In this document: positions 1-9,842 of the stretch, piece after piece
Position numbering within the stretch: position 1 is the stretch's first letter
Layout of the letters: the number at the start of each line of letters is the position of its first letter
DNA from: Gemmatimonadaceae bacterium
GTDB taxonomy: Bacteria > Gemmatimonadota > Gemmatimonadetes > Gemmatimonadales > Gemmatimonadaceae
Direction of reading: 5' to 3'
Length of the DNA: 64,000 nt
Assembly (NCBI GenBank): GCA_044224875.1
Contig: JBGAJQ010000001.1
Coordinates: 160,001-224,000 of the forward strand
Program-made: the position numbers and the translations under genes
Notes under the pieces: model-generated
What the model was told of the DNA's origin: nothing
Databases searched by the model: none
What the model saw: only the letters and a program-made list of their open reading frames with translations

Positions 1-1
1 A

Positions 2-520
2 CTGCTCCTTCGAGTCGGCTACGCCATGATCGGCGGATTCGTGGCGCTGCGCGCACTGAATGTGTATGGCGATCCAGCGCCGTGGAGTGCGCAGACGCGC
101 GCCGTCTTCTCCACGCTGTCGTTCCTGAATGCGACAAAGTACCCGCCGTCCCTGCTGTTCCTCCTCATGACGCTAGGTCCGATGTTCCTGTTCCTGCGGG
201 CGCTTGATGGCTCCGTTCCGCGGCTGCTGCGGCGCGTCAATGTTCTCGGACGTGTTCCGCTCTTCTACTACTCGCTCCACATATTCCTCATCCATTTTCT
301 GGCCCTCATCGTTTGCTACGCGCGCTACGGAGCCGTGCATTGGATGTTCGAGTCCCCGAAGCTGGAGAACTATCCGTTCACACAACCTCCAGGTTGGCCC
401 GTATCGCTGCTATACATCTACCTGTTGTGGGCGCTCGTCGTCGTGCTCCTTTGGCCGCTTTGTCGCTGGTATGCGGCGTTCAAGCGCCGCCGAACGGATT
501 GGTGGCTCAGCTACTTCTGA
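2..520 (+). CDS. DUF1624/HGSNAT-like multi-pass membrane protein, 5'-truncated by the window edge
   Basis: Frame open from position 2. Motifs 'YGDP.PW', 'SFLN.TKYPPSL.FLLMTLGP', 'GRVPLFYY..H' and C-terminal 'WWLSYF' are typical of this family. Confidence 0.75.
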   Translation: MLLRVGYAMIGGFVALRALNVYGDPAPWSAQTRAVFSTLSFLNATKYPPSLLFLLMTLGPMFLFLRALDGSVPRLLRRVNVLGRVPLFYYSLHIFLIHFLALIVCYARYGAVHWMFESPKLENYPFTQPPGWPVSLLYIYLLWALVVVLLWPLCRWYAAFKRRRTDWWLSYF

Positions 521-626
521 TCGTCGGACAGCGGGCCGCTCGGTGCACCTTCTGACGGGCCAGAGTTTGAGTCCATCACCCCGGGACTGCAGTTAAACTC
601 CTGCACACCGCAACCGGATTCGACGC

Positions 627-1421
627 ATGATCATTGGGCTGGCCTCGCCTCGTATTGCCACGACACTGGAAGAAGGTCTCGAGAACATGAGGGGGTTCCT
701 GGCCGACGCCGCAGGGCAGGGCGTCGATGTCGTCTGCTTCCCCGAGGCGTACCTCCCCGGGCTTCGCGGTCAAGACTTCCCAGTGCTCCCCTATGATGCC
801 GACGTGGAACACCGCGTGCTCAGCGCCGTGTCCCAATGGGCGCGTGCGTATCGTGTAACCACTATCCTCGGCATGGAGCACGTGGGCGAACGTGGGCGAC
901 AGATCGCCGCCGTCGTCATTGATGCTGACGGGAGCATTCAGGGGAGTCAGACCAAGAACCAGCTGGACCCGACGGAAGAACCGCACTACGTGCCCGGTCA
1001 GACCAGACATCTCTTTGCTGCCAATGGGGTGAAGTTCGGCGTCGCGATCTGCCACGAGGCTTGGCGCTATCCGGAAACCGTCCGTTGGGCGGCCACGCGG
1101 GGCGCTGCAATCGTCTTCCAGCCGCAACTCACCGGCAGCGACCAGGTGGGCGTCCGCCTGACCGAGTGGGGGGCGAAGGGCAATCCGTATTACGAAAAAG
1201 CGATGGTGATGCGCAGCATGGAGAACACCATCTACTTCGCCAGCATCAACTACGCGGTGCGGTTCCAGGAATCCGCCACCAGCCTCATCACGCCGAGTGG
1301 GGAGTGTCAGGCGCACCTGGCGTACGGCGAGGAGGGGCTGCTGGTTCAGGAAATTGACGAAACCAAGGCAACCGGGCTGCTGGCGCGTCGGTACGCACCG
1401 GAGCGGTACCGGGAAGGGTAG
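627..1421 (+). CDS. Carbon-nitrogen hydrolase (nitrilase superfamily)
   Basis: Glu-Lys-Cys triad contexts: 'VCFPEAY', 'QTKNQL', 'VAICHEAW'. Confidence 0.9.
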   Translation: MIIGLASPRIATTLEEGLENMRGFLADAAGQGVDVVCFPEAYLPGLRGQDFPVLPYDADVEHRVLSAVSQWARAYRVTTILGMEHVGERGRQIAAVVIDADGSIQGSQTKNQLDPTEEPHYVPGQTRHLFAANGVKFGVAICHEAWRYPETVRWAATRGAAIVFQPQLTGSDQVGVRLTEWGAKGNPYYEKAMVMRSMENTIYFASINYAVRFQESATSLITPSGECQAHLAYGEEGLLVQEIDETKATGLLARRYAPERYREG

Positions 1422-1435
1422 CGCCTGTCGGCGTA

Positions 1436-1479
1436 CATGCCTTGACACGTATATACCTGTCATAGCATATTAAGGCATG
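1436..1479 (+). promoter_or_regulatory. Sigma70-type promoter and probable ArsR operator; likely leaderless transcript
   Basis: TTGACA (1442-1447), 18-nt spacer, CATATT (1466-1471), ATG at 1477 with no RBS. Inverted repeat CATGCCTT/AAGGCATG and ATAT-N12-ATAT dyad. Confidence 0.6.
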
Positions 1480-1821
1480 ACAGAGACCTTTGCCGCCCTG
1501 GCCGAACCGCAGCGCTTTCGCATCGTCGAGCTGCTGCGCACGGGGGCGCGACCGGTGAACGACATCAGCGAGCGACTGCGTCTCACGCAGCCGCAGGTTT
1601 CCAAGCACCTGCGCGTGCTCAGAGACGCGGGTGTCGTCGATGTCCAGCCGCGTGCCCAGCAACGCCTCTACGAGCTTCGGCCCCAGTCCCTGCGCCAGCT
1701 GCACGAATGGCTCGAGCGCTACCGCAGCATCTGGGATGCCCGGTTCGACGAACTCGACGCGATCGTCACCGAACTCACCGAACAGGAGAAGACCAATGCC
1801 CGCATCAAACGCCGGAAGTGA
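1477..1821 (+). CDS. ArsR/SmtB family transcriptional regulator
   Basis: 'FAALAEPQRFRIVELL...QPQVSKHLRVLRDAGVV' winged HTH; followed by an SRPBCC gene. Confidence 0.92.
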   Translation: MTETFAALAEPQRFRIVELLRTGARPVNDISERLRLTQPQVSKHLRVLRDAGVVDVQPRAQQRLYELRPQSLRQLHEWLERYRSIWDARFDELDAIVTELTEQEKTNARIKRRK

Positions 1822-1825
1822 GACC

Positions 1826-2326
1826 ATGAACCAGACGACCATGGAGGTGCGCGGCGATCGCGAGATCGTCATAACCCGGTTGTTCAATGGACCACCGCAC
1901 ATCGTATTCGCGGCCTACTCCAAGCCGGAGCACGTGAAGCGCTGGTGGGCGCCCAAGTCGCTGGGGGTGTCGCTCTTGAGTTGTGACGCCGACGTTCAGG
2001 CTGGCGGAAGCTATCGATACGTCCTGCTGCATCGTACCGGCGGGCACCTCGCCTTCTCCGGGAAGTACACCGAGGTCACTCCTCACACGCGGATTGTCTA
2101 CACACAGATCTTCGAGCCGACGGCCGCGGGCCCAGCCTCAGCGGACGAATCAGATTACGCCATCGTGACTGTGACCTTCGAAGCTCGGGGCGACAAGACG
2201 CTCCTGACGTCGCACGAGGTTTACCCTTCCAAGGCCGTGCGAGACGGTGTGATCGCTTCGGGGATGGAGAAGGGCATGCGCGAGGCCATGGATCAGCTGG
2301 ACGAGCTCGTCGCGTCACTCAGCTAG
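1826..2326 (+). CDS. SRPBCC/AHSA1 (CalC-like) domain protein
   Basis: ATG at 1826. 'REIVITRLFNGP..IVF.AYSKPEHVKRWW', 'GGSYRYV', 'SGMEKG..EAMDQLDEL'. Confidence 0.9.
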   Translation: MNQTTMEVRGDREIVITRLFNGPPHIVFAAYSKPEHVKRWWAPKSLGVSLLSCDADVQAGGSYRYVLLHRTGGHLAFSGKYTEVTPHTRIVYTQIFEPTAAGPASADESDYAIVTVTFEARGDKTLLTSHEVYPSKAVRDGVIASGMEKGMREAMDQLDELVASLS

Positions 2327-2358
2327 CGCACGAACGTCCGGTCATATCATGGCAGCTG

Positions 2359-2401
2359 CCTGTTGGGGTGGGGGTAGGGATCGGCACCGCACCCCAACAG
2401 G
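2359..2401. terminator. Hairpin between convergent genes (probable terminator)
   Basis: Perfect 12-bp arms CCTGTTGGGGTG / CACCCCAACAGG; no strong U-tract. Confidence 0.5.
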
Positions 2402-2461
2402 TGTATCAACGCGACGCGACGACGAAGGCGGGTCGCTGCCCCGCGCTGCCGGCGAAATCGC

Positions 2462-5400
2462 CTAACGGTCTCGTATCGTGAACCACCCGCCGTCGCTCTG
2501 GCCACGCAGGGCAGGGTTGTACATCTCCTCGGCGTGCGCTTGCGGCCTCACGAATCGTCCGGCAGTTGTAGCTCGCGCCACATACGACACGGTGTGCGAG
2601 CCTCGGCTGAGTAGGCGCGAGTAGAAGGTCGCGCGGTCGTCGTGCTGCTCACTCGCTTCCCAGGTAGTCCACGACCATCCCCACCACCGCCACGCATTGC
2701 CGTTCGCTGCGCCGTCCGCTTGCGCCGCACGCTCGCGATCGACGCGCACCGCGTCATCTGTGAGGTAGGGACTCACGCTCGCTGTGCGTAACGAAACGTC
2801 GACTGCTTCCAGTCCAGCCGGCAGCGGATCCTCAACGGCCACGAATTCACGATCACTCGGGGCCGTCACACGCAGGCGAACGCGTACGAGGTCTCCTGCC
2901 TTCACCTCGGTGACGGTCTTCCCATCGTCGAAGCGCTCGTACCACCGCTCGACAATCAGTCCGTTGGACTCCGGTGACACGGGTCGTTCGGCGGTCACGA
3001 CGTCAACGGTCGCCGCGACGTAAATGGTGCCGCGAGGAACGCGAACAACCAACGGCAGAGACGACGAGTCGCCAGCCGCAACCATTAGCCCCGTCAGGGG
3101 TATCGTGGACTCCGTCACGCCCTCCGCTTGCTCGCCCCGCATGAGCGACGTGCCGGTGGTGGATTCGATCGTGTATGGAGTCGACCTGCCGGAAAGCAGT
3201 CGCAGATGCGCAGCGACGGCTCCGGACGCCGACGCAAAGTCCTGCGTGTTCCAAAACCACCGCTGCTCCGCGAGTTCGCGCTGGATGATCCGTTGAACGA
3301 GTGGGCCGACCATTGGATGGTCAGGAGCCAGTGCCAGCGTGGCCTCGAGCAGCCGAGCGGCCGGTCGGATCCTGGAAGGGAAGCCATTGGTGATGAGCGT
3401 GGAGTCTGGCATGTCCACGCGATTGCCGGCGACCGATACGCTCGTCCAGAGTGAACGCAGGATCGATGTCGCCTCACTTCGCCTGGACGTGCGCGACAAC
3501 ACCAGGGCATAACGCGCGCGATCCTCCCAGGTCAGGCGGTTGACGACGGGCAACAGCGCCAGCTCGCGTCCCGAGCGCCCGACCCGGACAAGAAAGTCCA
3601 GCGCCGCCAGACGCTGACCCAGGTGCATAGCGATGGTGCCTGCCCGCTCGACAGTCGTGCCGTACGTTGTATCTGGGAGGGCAGGGGTGCCGTCGAACAC
3701 ATTCTGGACGAAGTTGCCCACCTGGGTCAGTACCTCGTTCGACACCTGGATGCCAAGCTCGCGCGCGTCCACCAACATCAGCCCGGCATACGCCGTGAGC
3801 CACGGGTTTGTCCAACTGGACGCGCTCCAATAGCCGATTGAGCCGTCGGGGAGCTGTCGCCTTGCCACGAGGTCCGCGATGCCCTGCAACGCGCGCTGCA
3901 GCGAGTCGGCCTTGACCTTGGGCGCTTGGCCGCTCTTGTGCAGCTGCAACAGCGCGATGATCGTGCGCCCCGCACTCACGAGCTGCTCGGTACACGCGTG
4001 CGGATAGGCGCTCATGTACCACGCGTACGTCTCGAGCACGGGCAATGGAGTCGTGCCAACACGAATGGTCAATCGCGAACGTGCGGGATCAACGCCCTTC
4101 GGCAGCAACAACTGCAGGTTGGCGGAGTCGCGCACCAGGCGAACGACCGTCTGCGCACGGGGATGCTGGTCCGGGCGAACCGGTAGCGTCACTTGCACCG
4201 CATCTTGCTGCTGTCCAGCGATCGCACCCAGCTTGACCACCGCGCGCTCGCCAGCGAGCGCCTTCCAGTGAAATGACACCAGCCGTCCTTCCTGGCTGAC
4301 GCTAGAGGTCTTGCGTGTACTATCTGTCAACTCAATCCCATAACCGGCAGCCGCAACCTGCACCGACTGCGCCGCGGTGTTCCCACGTGCATTGATGATG
4401 GCGCCGGCGAAGAAGTCGTCCGCGGGACGAACAAACCGCGGCAACGCGGCGCGCACGACCAGTGGCTTGGAGACGATGAGCGGAGCGTCCCCGCTCCCCA
4501 GCTCGGCGCCGGGGCCTACAGCGATCGCCATCACCCGAAACGTCGTGATGTTGTCAGGCAGCCGAACGCGCACCTTGGCGATACCATCCGTGTTGGCGAC
4601 GATCCCAGCTCGATAGAACGCGGTGGTGAGAAAATCAGCACGTATGTCGGCGAATGCGCCCGTCTGGTCGCTTGCTGCGGCCGCGGCCCCCTTGGCGAAA
4701 GCCATGGGGGCGGCCGTAGTGACCACGGCGTCGAGGCGGAGACTCTCATTGAGGCCCAGCCGACGCTCACGAAGGAGCTGTCGCGCCAGCGATTGAAGGG
4801 TGGTCGAGAACTGCACGTCGTTCGCTGACAGAGGGTACATCGCGTCGACAGGCTGCGGTGTGGCGAATCCCGTGAGCGAGAGCACGCCCTCATCGGTGGC
4901 CCACAAGATGACATCCCCCGTGATCGGCTTGTCATTCGCGTCTCGCACGCGAACGGTCAGTTCGGCCTCGTCTTGCGGGCGATACTCCGGCTTGGCCGCC
5001 GAAACGGCGACCTTGAGTCGGCGCGGTGACGCGTCGACGTGAACGCGGACGTCGCCGACACGATAGCGTTGATGCGTCGAATCGGTGCGTGCGGCGTCGC
5101 CCCGACGCACGAGCACCACGCCCACATACGCGTTTGGGATCCAGGAGGCGTTGACCGGCACACGAATGGTCTGCAGGCCCGCGCCGACGGAACGACGGGC
5201 CTGCCAAAGCACCCGTTCGCGCTCTACCGTAATCCACGCCTCCGCGTTCTCGAATGGTGACGTGAATGTGACGGCTGCAACATCACCGACCTTCAGCGAA
5301 TCGTATGACACTAGCAGAGGTAGCGCGGTCGGGTCCTCTCCCCACACCGCCCCGGTGCCACCGAACACGTAGCGCGTCAACTGCGTTTGCGTCGGGCGCC

Positions 5401-8317
5401 CTGCGGCATCGACGGCCGACAGGATGATCGAGTACAACCCTTCCGCGCTCGGCTTCACCTGGATCGTCGCCGATGTGTCACGCGTGACTATTGAATCCAC
5501 CAGGACTGTGTCCAGCTGGACACGCCACTGGCCACTCATGCTGCCCTCGTCGTAGACAACCGTCCAGCGACGCCGCACCACGGTCGCTCCAACGGTAACG
5601 CCACTCATCCACCGGCCCTGCGGCGTGACGGCGCCAATGGCAACCCGCTGCGTGTCGGCCGTGGTCCACCAGGAGCGCTCTCCCCTGGGTTTCGCCGCGA
5701 TGAAGAACTGCGCCCCAGGGATCATCACGCTTGCCTGCGCAGAGACCGACTGCGCGTTGAGGTCACTGACTGCGACATCTACGTGTAACGCGGCTCCCGA
5801 GGCGAAGTGACCCCTTCCACTATCCGTCGGGATCGTCAGCTGCACCTGTCCATCCGGCCCGAGCACCGCACGTCCGGTTTGAGAAATGGGCGGTGTTGCC
5901 TGGCGATCGTCGGTGTACCAGTCAGGTTGGCGTCCGATCGTCCACCCGTCGACGCCGGGAATGCGCCAAGGTTGCGTTGGCTCTGTGAGTTGCGCGCGCC
6001 ACGTCACGGCGCCTTGTGCCATGGGGGCGTCAAACAGAAAGCGTGCCGCGACGCTTGTGCGAACCGTGTCTCCCAGTAGCACCGGTCGCTCGACGATGGC
6101 CGCTGTGACCGTGAATTCGGGCGCGCGGTAGTCTGCCACGCGCACAAAGGCTTCGTGCGCATTGGCCCAGTGACCATTCTGACGACGCTCCAAGCGCACG
6201 ACATACGTCCCCAGTTGCGTGCGAGGGGACAAGCGCGCGGAGTCCGCTGCCGTGCCGTTTGCGGACAGGGTGGTGGTCGTCTCGCGGACCAGCACCGGTT
6301 TCCCATCCGTCAGGCCTCGCGTGTACACGCGCCATCGGATCCGCTCCTTTGCAGCTGGCGGGCGAAGGTCGTCCAGCCAGCCATCGCGAACCACGGCACT
6401 GAAATACACGGTCTCACCCGGTCGATAGATCCCACGATCCGTGAAAATCGCGGCACGAGCGTGTGGAGTCTGACCGCCGCCAAACCAACGCAAGCCCGAC
6501 GCCCTCCGCGCGTAATCGAAGATCCGGTATGGGGGCGAAACGGGAGTGATCGATCGGTCGGAGCCGCTGCTGACTTCAACGAAGGAAGGCGTCGTGAACG
6601 GAGGATTCATGTCGTAGGGCGGCGTCGCATCGATTTCATCGGATACTGCCTGATCGTCATTCCCCCTCGACGGCAGGGCGGGCAGTAGCGTCGTCCCATC
6701 CGCCGCTGTCCTTCGCGCAACCTCGCGCCGCGGCTTGTCCACCAAGGCCCGAACGGTGGCACCGGTCACCGGCCGGCCGGTGCGAACGTCCGTGACGAAA
6801 GCCGCCCCTCCGCCGACGCCGCTTCGTACGTGTGCCATCAGGTTGGTTCTTTGAATCACGAGCGGTTGGATCCAGCGTTCTTGCTCGCGAAGGACGCGAA
6901 GGTCCTCTGGAGCCAGCTCCAAGTCGGTGTTGTTCGGGCCTCGGGCAAGATCGCCGGGCCGAACCTCTACCACGAGCACGGCATCCCGCCAGGATGTCGC
7001 CGGCAGCCGCAACGGTAGCGTGACCTGTCCTTCGGTATTCAGCTCATGTGGCAGGCGCTCCGTGTAGGCGAGCGACTGTCGAGGCAGGATGTGTTTGGAA
7101 TCCAGCCAGGCACGAGGGTCCGCTACGGCCGCGAACCGATCGCCTGTGGGAACACGCGTCACCGTGATGCGAACCGACGCATAGTTCATGGAGCGCAATC
7201 GCAACACGGGATCTCCAGCTCGCGATTCCGTCTCGAGCCCAGACGACGACGCGATGAAGGGGAGGCGATCGCCACTCCGAGTCGTCTGCGTGCGTAGCCG
7301 TTGTAGCGTTCGTCCGAAAACGTCGGTGAGGCTCGAGTCGGCGACGACAATGACAGAGTCCCGTGCCGGCATGTGCAACACGAACGCCCAATGTGTCTGC
7401 GCCTCGCCGGAATCCGGCGGCGCCGCGAAACGCTCGGGCATCACGCGCACATGAGTTCGTACCTGAGCGTACGTGACCGGCGCACTGAACTGCACCATCA
7501 GCCGAGTCGATCCGGCGCAATCGTTCGCAATGGAGCATGCCACCGTGAACTGAAGTGGAGGCGGTGTGGTCGCGCGGTAACGTGTTTCGATGGTGGAGTT
7601 CGGCTCGAGCTGCGGAAGGACCAAGTCGACCGGGCAATTGTCCGGCAAGCGTGTGGCCGATCGCAACTCAACGACCTGATCGAAACGCTGATCCAACGAG
7701 TCACGAGGTCCGCCACCGTATTGCAGCTGCCACGGGTCTGTCGTCGAGGGCGGCCGGATCTTCGGAATGAGGTGAAACGCCTCCCGGCTGGTGCAGCTTC
7801 CGCCGCGGGTTGGCTCCAGCCGCGCGTTCCGCGCAAACGCGACCGAGTCGATGTCTCCACTGAACCGCATCGACACGCGGCCGTACGGGTCCAAGGCGAC
7901 CGTGCCTTGAGCCGTGAGGGGTGGCACGCTTCCCACCATTGCCGGAGCGGCAACATCGAATCGAGCGACGTAAGGCACCCGCAGGTGACTACCGTCAGAG
8001 GCAACGAACGTCGTGTCAATCGTCACCAGCACCGAGGAGCCAGGGCGTAGCGGCGCGCGAGGGACAATTCGGATTGTTGCTGGGTCGCGCCATTCCAATC
8101 GGACAGCCACCGACGCCGAGACGCGCGCGACGGTCGATGGGTCCACCAACGCTTCGAGCGTTCCCGAGACCGGACGGTTGAAGCTCAGCGAGATCGTGGA
8201 CGATGGTCGCAACGATCCCTCTGGGAGGACTTGGGTCACGCGCAGCTCCTGCTGCGCCGCCAGTCCTCCCGACTGCAGCAGTAGGCCAGCTACAAGGACA
8301 CTGACGGAATTGCGCAT
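2462..8317 (-). CDS. Bacterial alpha-2-macroglobulin family protein (MG2 domain, thioester motif)
   Basis: About 1950 aa with signal peptide. 'FTDRGIYRPGETV' (MG2), 'LPDNITTFRVMA', thioester 'YPHACTEQ', C-terminal 'VEDPLPAGLE' and 'AHAEEMYNP'. Start placed at ATG 8317 (ORF extends to 8341). Confidence 0.92.
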   Translation of the reverse strand: MRNSVSVLVAGLLLQSGGLAAQQELRVTQVLPEGSLRPSSTISLSFNRPVSGTLEALVDPSTVARVSASVAVRLEWRDPATIRIVPRAPLRPGSSVLVTIDTTFVASDGSHLRVPYVARFDVAAPAMVGSVPPLTAQGTVALDPYGRVSMRFSGDIDSVAFARNARLEPTRGGSCTSREAFHLIPKIRPPSTTDPWQLQYGGGPRDSLDQRFDQVVELRSATRLPDNCPVDLVLPQLEPNSTIETRYRATTPPPLQFTVACSIANDCAGSTRLMVQFSAPVTYAQVRTHVRVMPERFAAPPDSGEAQTHWAFVLHMPARDSVIVVADSSLTDVFGRTLQRLRTQTTRSGDRLPFIASSSGLETESRAGDPVLRLRSMNYASVRITVTRVPTGDRFAAVADPRAWLDSKHILPRQSLAYTERLPHELNTEGQVTLPLRLPATSWRDAVLVVEVRPGDLARGPNNTDLELAPEDLRVLREQERWIQPLVIQRTNLMAHVRSGVGGGAAFVTDVRTGRPVTGATVRALVDKPRREVARRTAADGTTLLPALPSRGNDDQAVSDEIDATPPYDMNPPFTTPSFVEVSSGSDRSITPVSPPYRIFDYARRASGLRWFGGGQTPHARAAIFTDRGIYRPGETVYFSAVVRDGWLDDLRPPAAKERIRWRVYTRGLTDGKPVLVRETTTTLSANGTAADSARLSPRTQLGTYVVRLERRQNGHWANAHEAFVRVADYRAPEFTVTAAIVERPVLLGDTVRTSVAARFLFDAPMAQGAVTWRAQLTEPTQPWRIPGVDGWTIGRQPDWYTDDRQATPPISQTGRAVLGPDGQVQLTIPTDSGRGHFASGAALHVDVAVSDLNAQSVSAQASVMIPGAQFFIAAKPRGERSWWTTADTQRVAIGAVTPQGRWMSGVTVGATVVRRRWTVVYDEGSMSGQWRVQLDTVLVDSIVTRDTSATIQVKPSAEGLYSIILSAVDAAGRPTQTQLTRYVFGGTGAVWGEDPTALPLLVSYDSLKVGDVAAVTFTSPFENAEAWITVERERVLWQARRSVGAGLQTIRVPVNASWIPNAYVGVVLVRRGDAARTDSTHQRYRVGDVRVHVDASPRRLKVAVSAAKPEYRPQDEAELTVRVRDANDKPITGDVILWATDEGVLSLTGFATPQPVDAMYPLSANDVQFSTTLQSLARQLLRERRLGLNESLRLDAVVTTAAPMAFAKGAAAAASDQTGAFADIRADFLTTAFYRAGIVANTDGIAKVRVRLPDNITTFRVMAIAVGPGAELGSGDAPLIVSKPLVVRAALPRFVRPADDFFAGAIINARGNTAAQSVQVAAAGYGIELTDSTRKTSSVSQEGRLVSFHWKALAGERAVVKLGAIAGQQQDAVQVTLPVRPDQHPRAQTVVRLVRDSANLQLLLPKGVDPARSRLTIRVGTTPLPVLETYAWYMSAYPHACTEQLVSAGRTIIALLQLHKSGQAPKVKADSLQRALQGIADLVARRQLPDGSIGYWSASSWTNPWLTAYAGLMLVDARELGIQVSNEVLTQVGNFVQNVFDGTPALPDTTYGTTVERAGTIAMHLGQRLAALDFLVRVGRSGRELALLPVVNRLTWEDRARYALVLSRTSRRSEATSILRSLWTSVSVAGNRVDMPDSTLITNGFPSRIRPAARLLEATLALAPDHPMVGPLVQRIIQRELAEQRWFWNTQDFASASGAVAAHLRLLSGRSTPYTIESTTGTSLMRGEQAEGVTESTIPLTGLMVAAGDSSSLPLVVRVPRGTIYVAATVDVVTAERPVSPESNGLIVERWYERFDDGKTVTEVKAGDLVRVRLRVTAPSDREFVAVEDPLPAGLEAVDVSLRTASVSPYLTDDAVRVDRERAAQADGAANGNAWRWWGWSWTTWEASEQHDDRATFYSRLLSRGSHTVSYVARATTAGRFVRPQAHAEEMYNPALRGQSDGGWFTIRDR

Positions 8318-8509
8318 GCGACATCCGCTTGTTTGAGTCAACGGCAGCTAACTGAGCCGGTCGAACGGCCACACATACAGCGCGGGGGCAAGGGTGCCGC
8401 CTTGCGCTCGCCCCCGGCGAATCGCGGCGTCACACTACTACCCACGCCTATCTATATAGTTGTGGGGTAGTTTCACTGTCGACGAAATCGACCAAGCGTA
8501 GCGCGCCGG

Positions 8510-9751
8510 CTACTTCTTGCGGATTCGAGCGGTTGTCGCTGCCCGGCGGCGAGCCTTGGGCACACCACGCAGTGCCTGGCGCAGGTCATCGATCAAGTCG
8601 GCGGTGTCCTCAATCCCGACCGAATAGCGAAGCAAGCCTTCAGGGATTCCGAGCTTCGCGCGTTGTGCGGGCGTACACTCCACATGACTCGTCGTTGCTG
8701 GCGGACCCACGTACGTCTGCACACCACCAAGGCTTGGCGCACACTGCGCGAATTGCAGTCGCTTGAGGAAGGGCGCAACGGTCTTCAAGCCACCCGGAAG
8801 CTGGAAGCTCAACAGCCCGCCAAAACCGCGCATCTGTCGGCTCGCGATCTCGTGCCCGGGATCGGTTGGCAGTCCGGGGTAATTGACCGATGCGACATTG
8901 GGGTGCTCAGACAGGAAGTTGGCAATGGCCAGCGCTGACTCGTTCTGTTGCCTGACCCGCAGGGCCAACGTCTTCATGCCTCGATACAACAGGTAGGCCG
9001 CATCCGGCGCCAAACTCGCTCCGGTGATCTCCCGATAGCGAAACACTTCGTCCACCAGCTCTCGCTTTCCACACAACACGCCACCCATGGCGTCCTCGTG
9101 GCCACCCAGATACTTCGTGGCACTGTGGACCACCAGATCCGCGCCAAGCGCCAGCGGGTTGCAGTTGACGGGCGTCGCAAAGGTGTTGTCCGTCACCACG
9201 ATCGCCCCCGCGTGGTGTCCCGCGCGCGCCAAGCGCGCGATGTCCACCACCTTGAGCGTGGGGTTGGTCGGTGTCTCCAAGTAGAGCAGGCGACACCCTT
9301 TGCCAATCTCGGCCTCGATGGCCACATGGTCCGTCGTATCGCACAACGCAACGTCGACGCCAACACGCGGCAAGAACTCGAGGAAAAGTCGGCTCGTTCC
9401 CCCATAGGAATCACGGATGGACACCACACGATCGCCAGGCTTCAAGAGTGCGAAGAGCGTACCACTCACGGCCGCCATTCCGGTGGCAAATGCCGTTGCC
9501 GCTTCTCCACCCTCGACGACACGCACCTTCTCCTCAAACACCTGGACCGTGGGGTTGGTGTTTCGCGTGTAGTTGTGTCCATGTTTCCGACCTAACGCGA
9601 TGTCCAGCCACTCATCGAGGTCCGGATGACTGAAAGATGCCGTACGGTACAACGGCGGTTGGGATGCGTGATGCGCGTCGTGCGGCGAATCTGTCTCGCC
9701 CGCCCACACGAGTTGTGTGGCCGCGCGCGTCGAACGGAAAGTGCGAGGCAC
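8510..9751 (-). CDS. PLP-dependent trans-sulfuration enzyme (cystathionine gamma-synthase / Cys-Met metabolism family)
   Basis: 'YTRNTNPT', 'FATGMAA', 'LETPTNP', 'DNTFATP', PLP lysine motif 'HSATKYLGGH'. Confidence 0.9.
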   Translation of the reverse strand: MPRTFRSTRAATQLVWAGETDSPHDAHHASQPPLYRTASFSHPDLDEWLDIALGRKHGHNYTRNTNPTVQVFEEKVRVVEGGEAATAFATGMAAVSGTLFALLKPGDRVVSIRDSYGGTSRLFLEFLPRVGVDVALCDTTDHVAIEAEIGKGCRLLYLETPTNPTLKVVDIARLARAGHHAGAIVVTDNTFATPVNCNPLALGADLVVHSATKYLGGHEDAMGGVLCGKRELVDEVFRYREITGASLAPDAAYLLYRGMKTLALRVRQQNESALAIANFLSEHPNVASVNYPGLPTDPGHEIASRQMRGFGGLLSFQLPGGLKTVAPFLKRLQFAQCAPSLGGVQTYVGPPATTSHVECTPAQRAKLGIPEGLLRYSVGIEDTADLIDDLRQALRGVPKARRRAATTARIRKK

Positions 9752-9842
9752 GATGGAGCTCCGGTGCAGTGCGGGGTGTGTTCGAATGCAAAGCCTGAAT
9801 CAACGATGCAATCGGACCCTTCGACAAGAGGCAGGCGACAGG

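Noticed and set aside
8437..8471. AT-rich imperfect inverted repeat upstream of the alpha-2-macroglobulin gene, loosely NrdR-box-like
   Set aside because: Needs an insertion to fit the consensus and no nrd gene is nearby; may be an ordinary promoter or terminator element.
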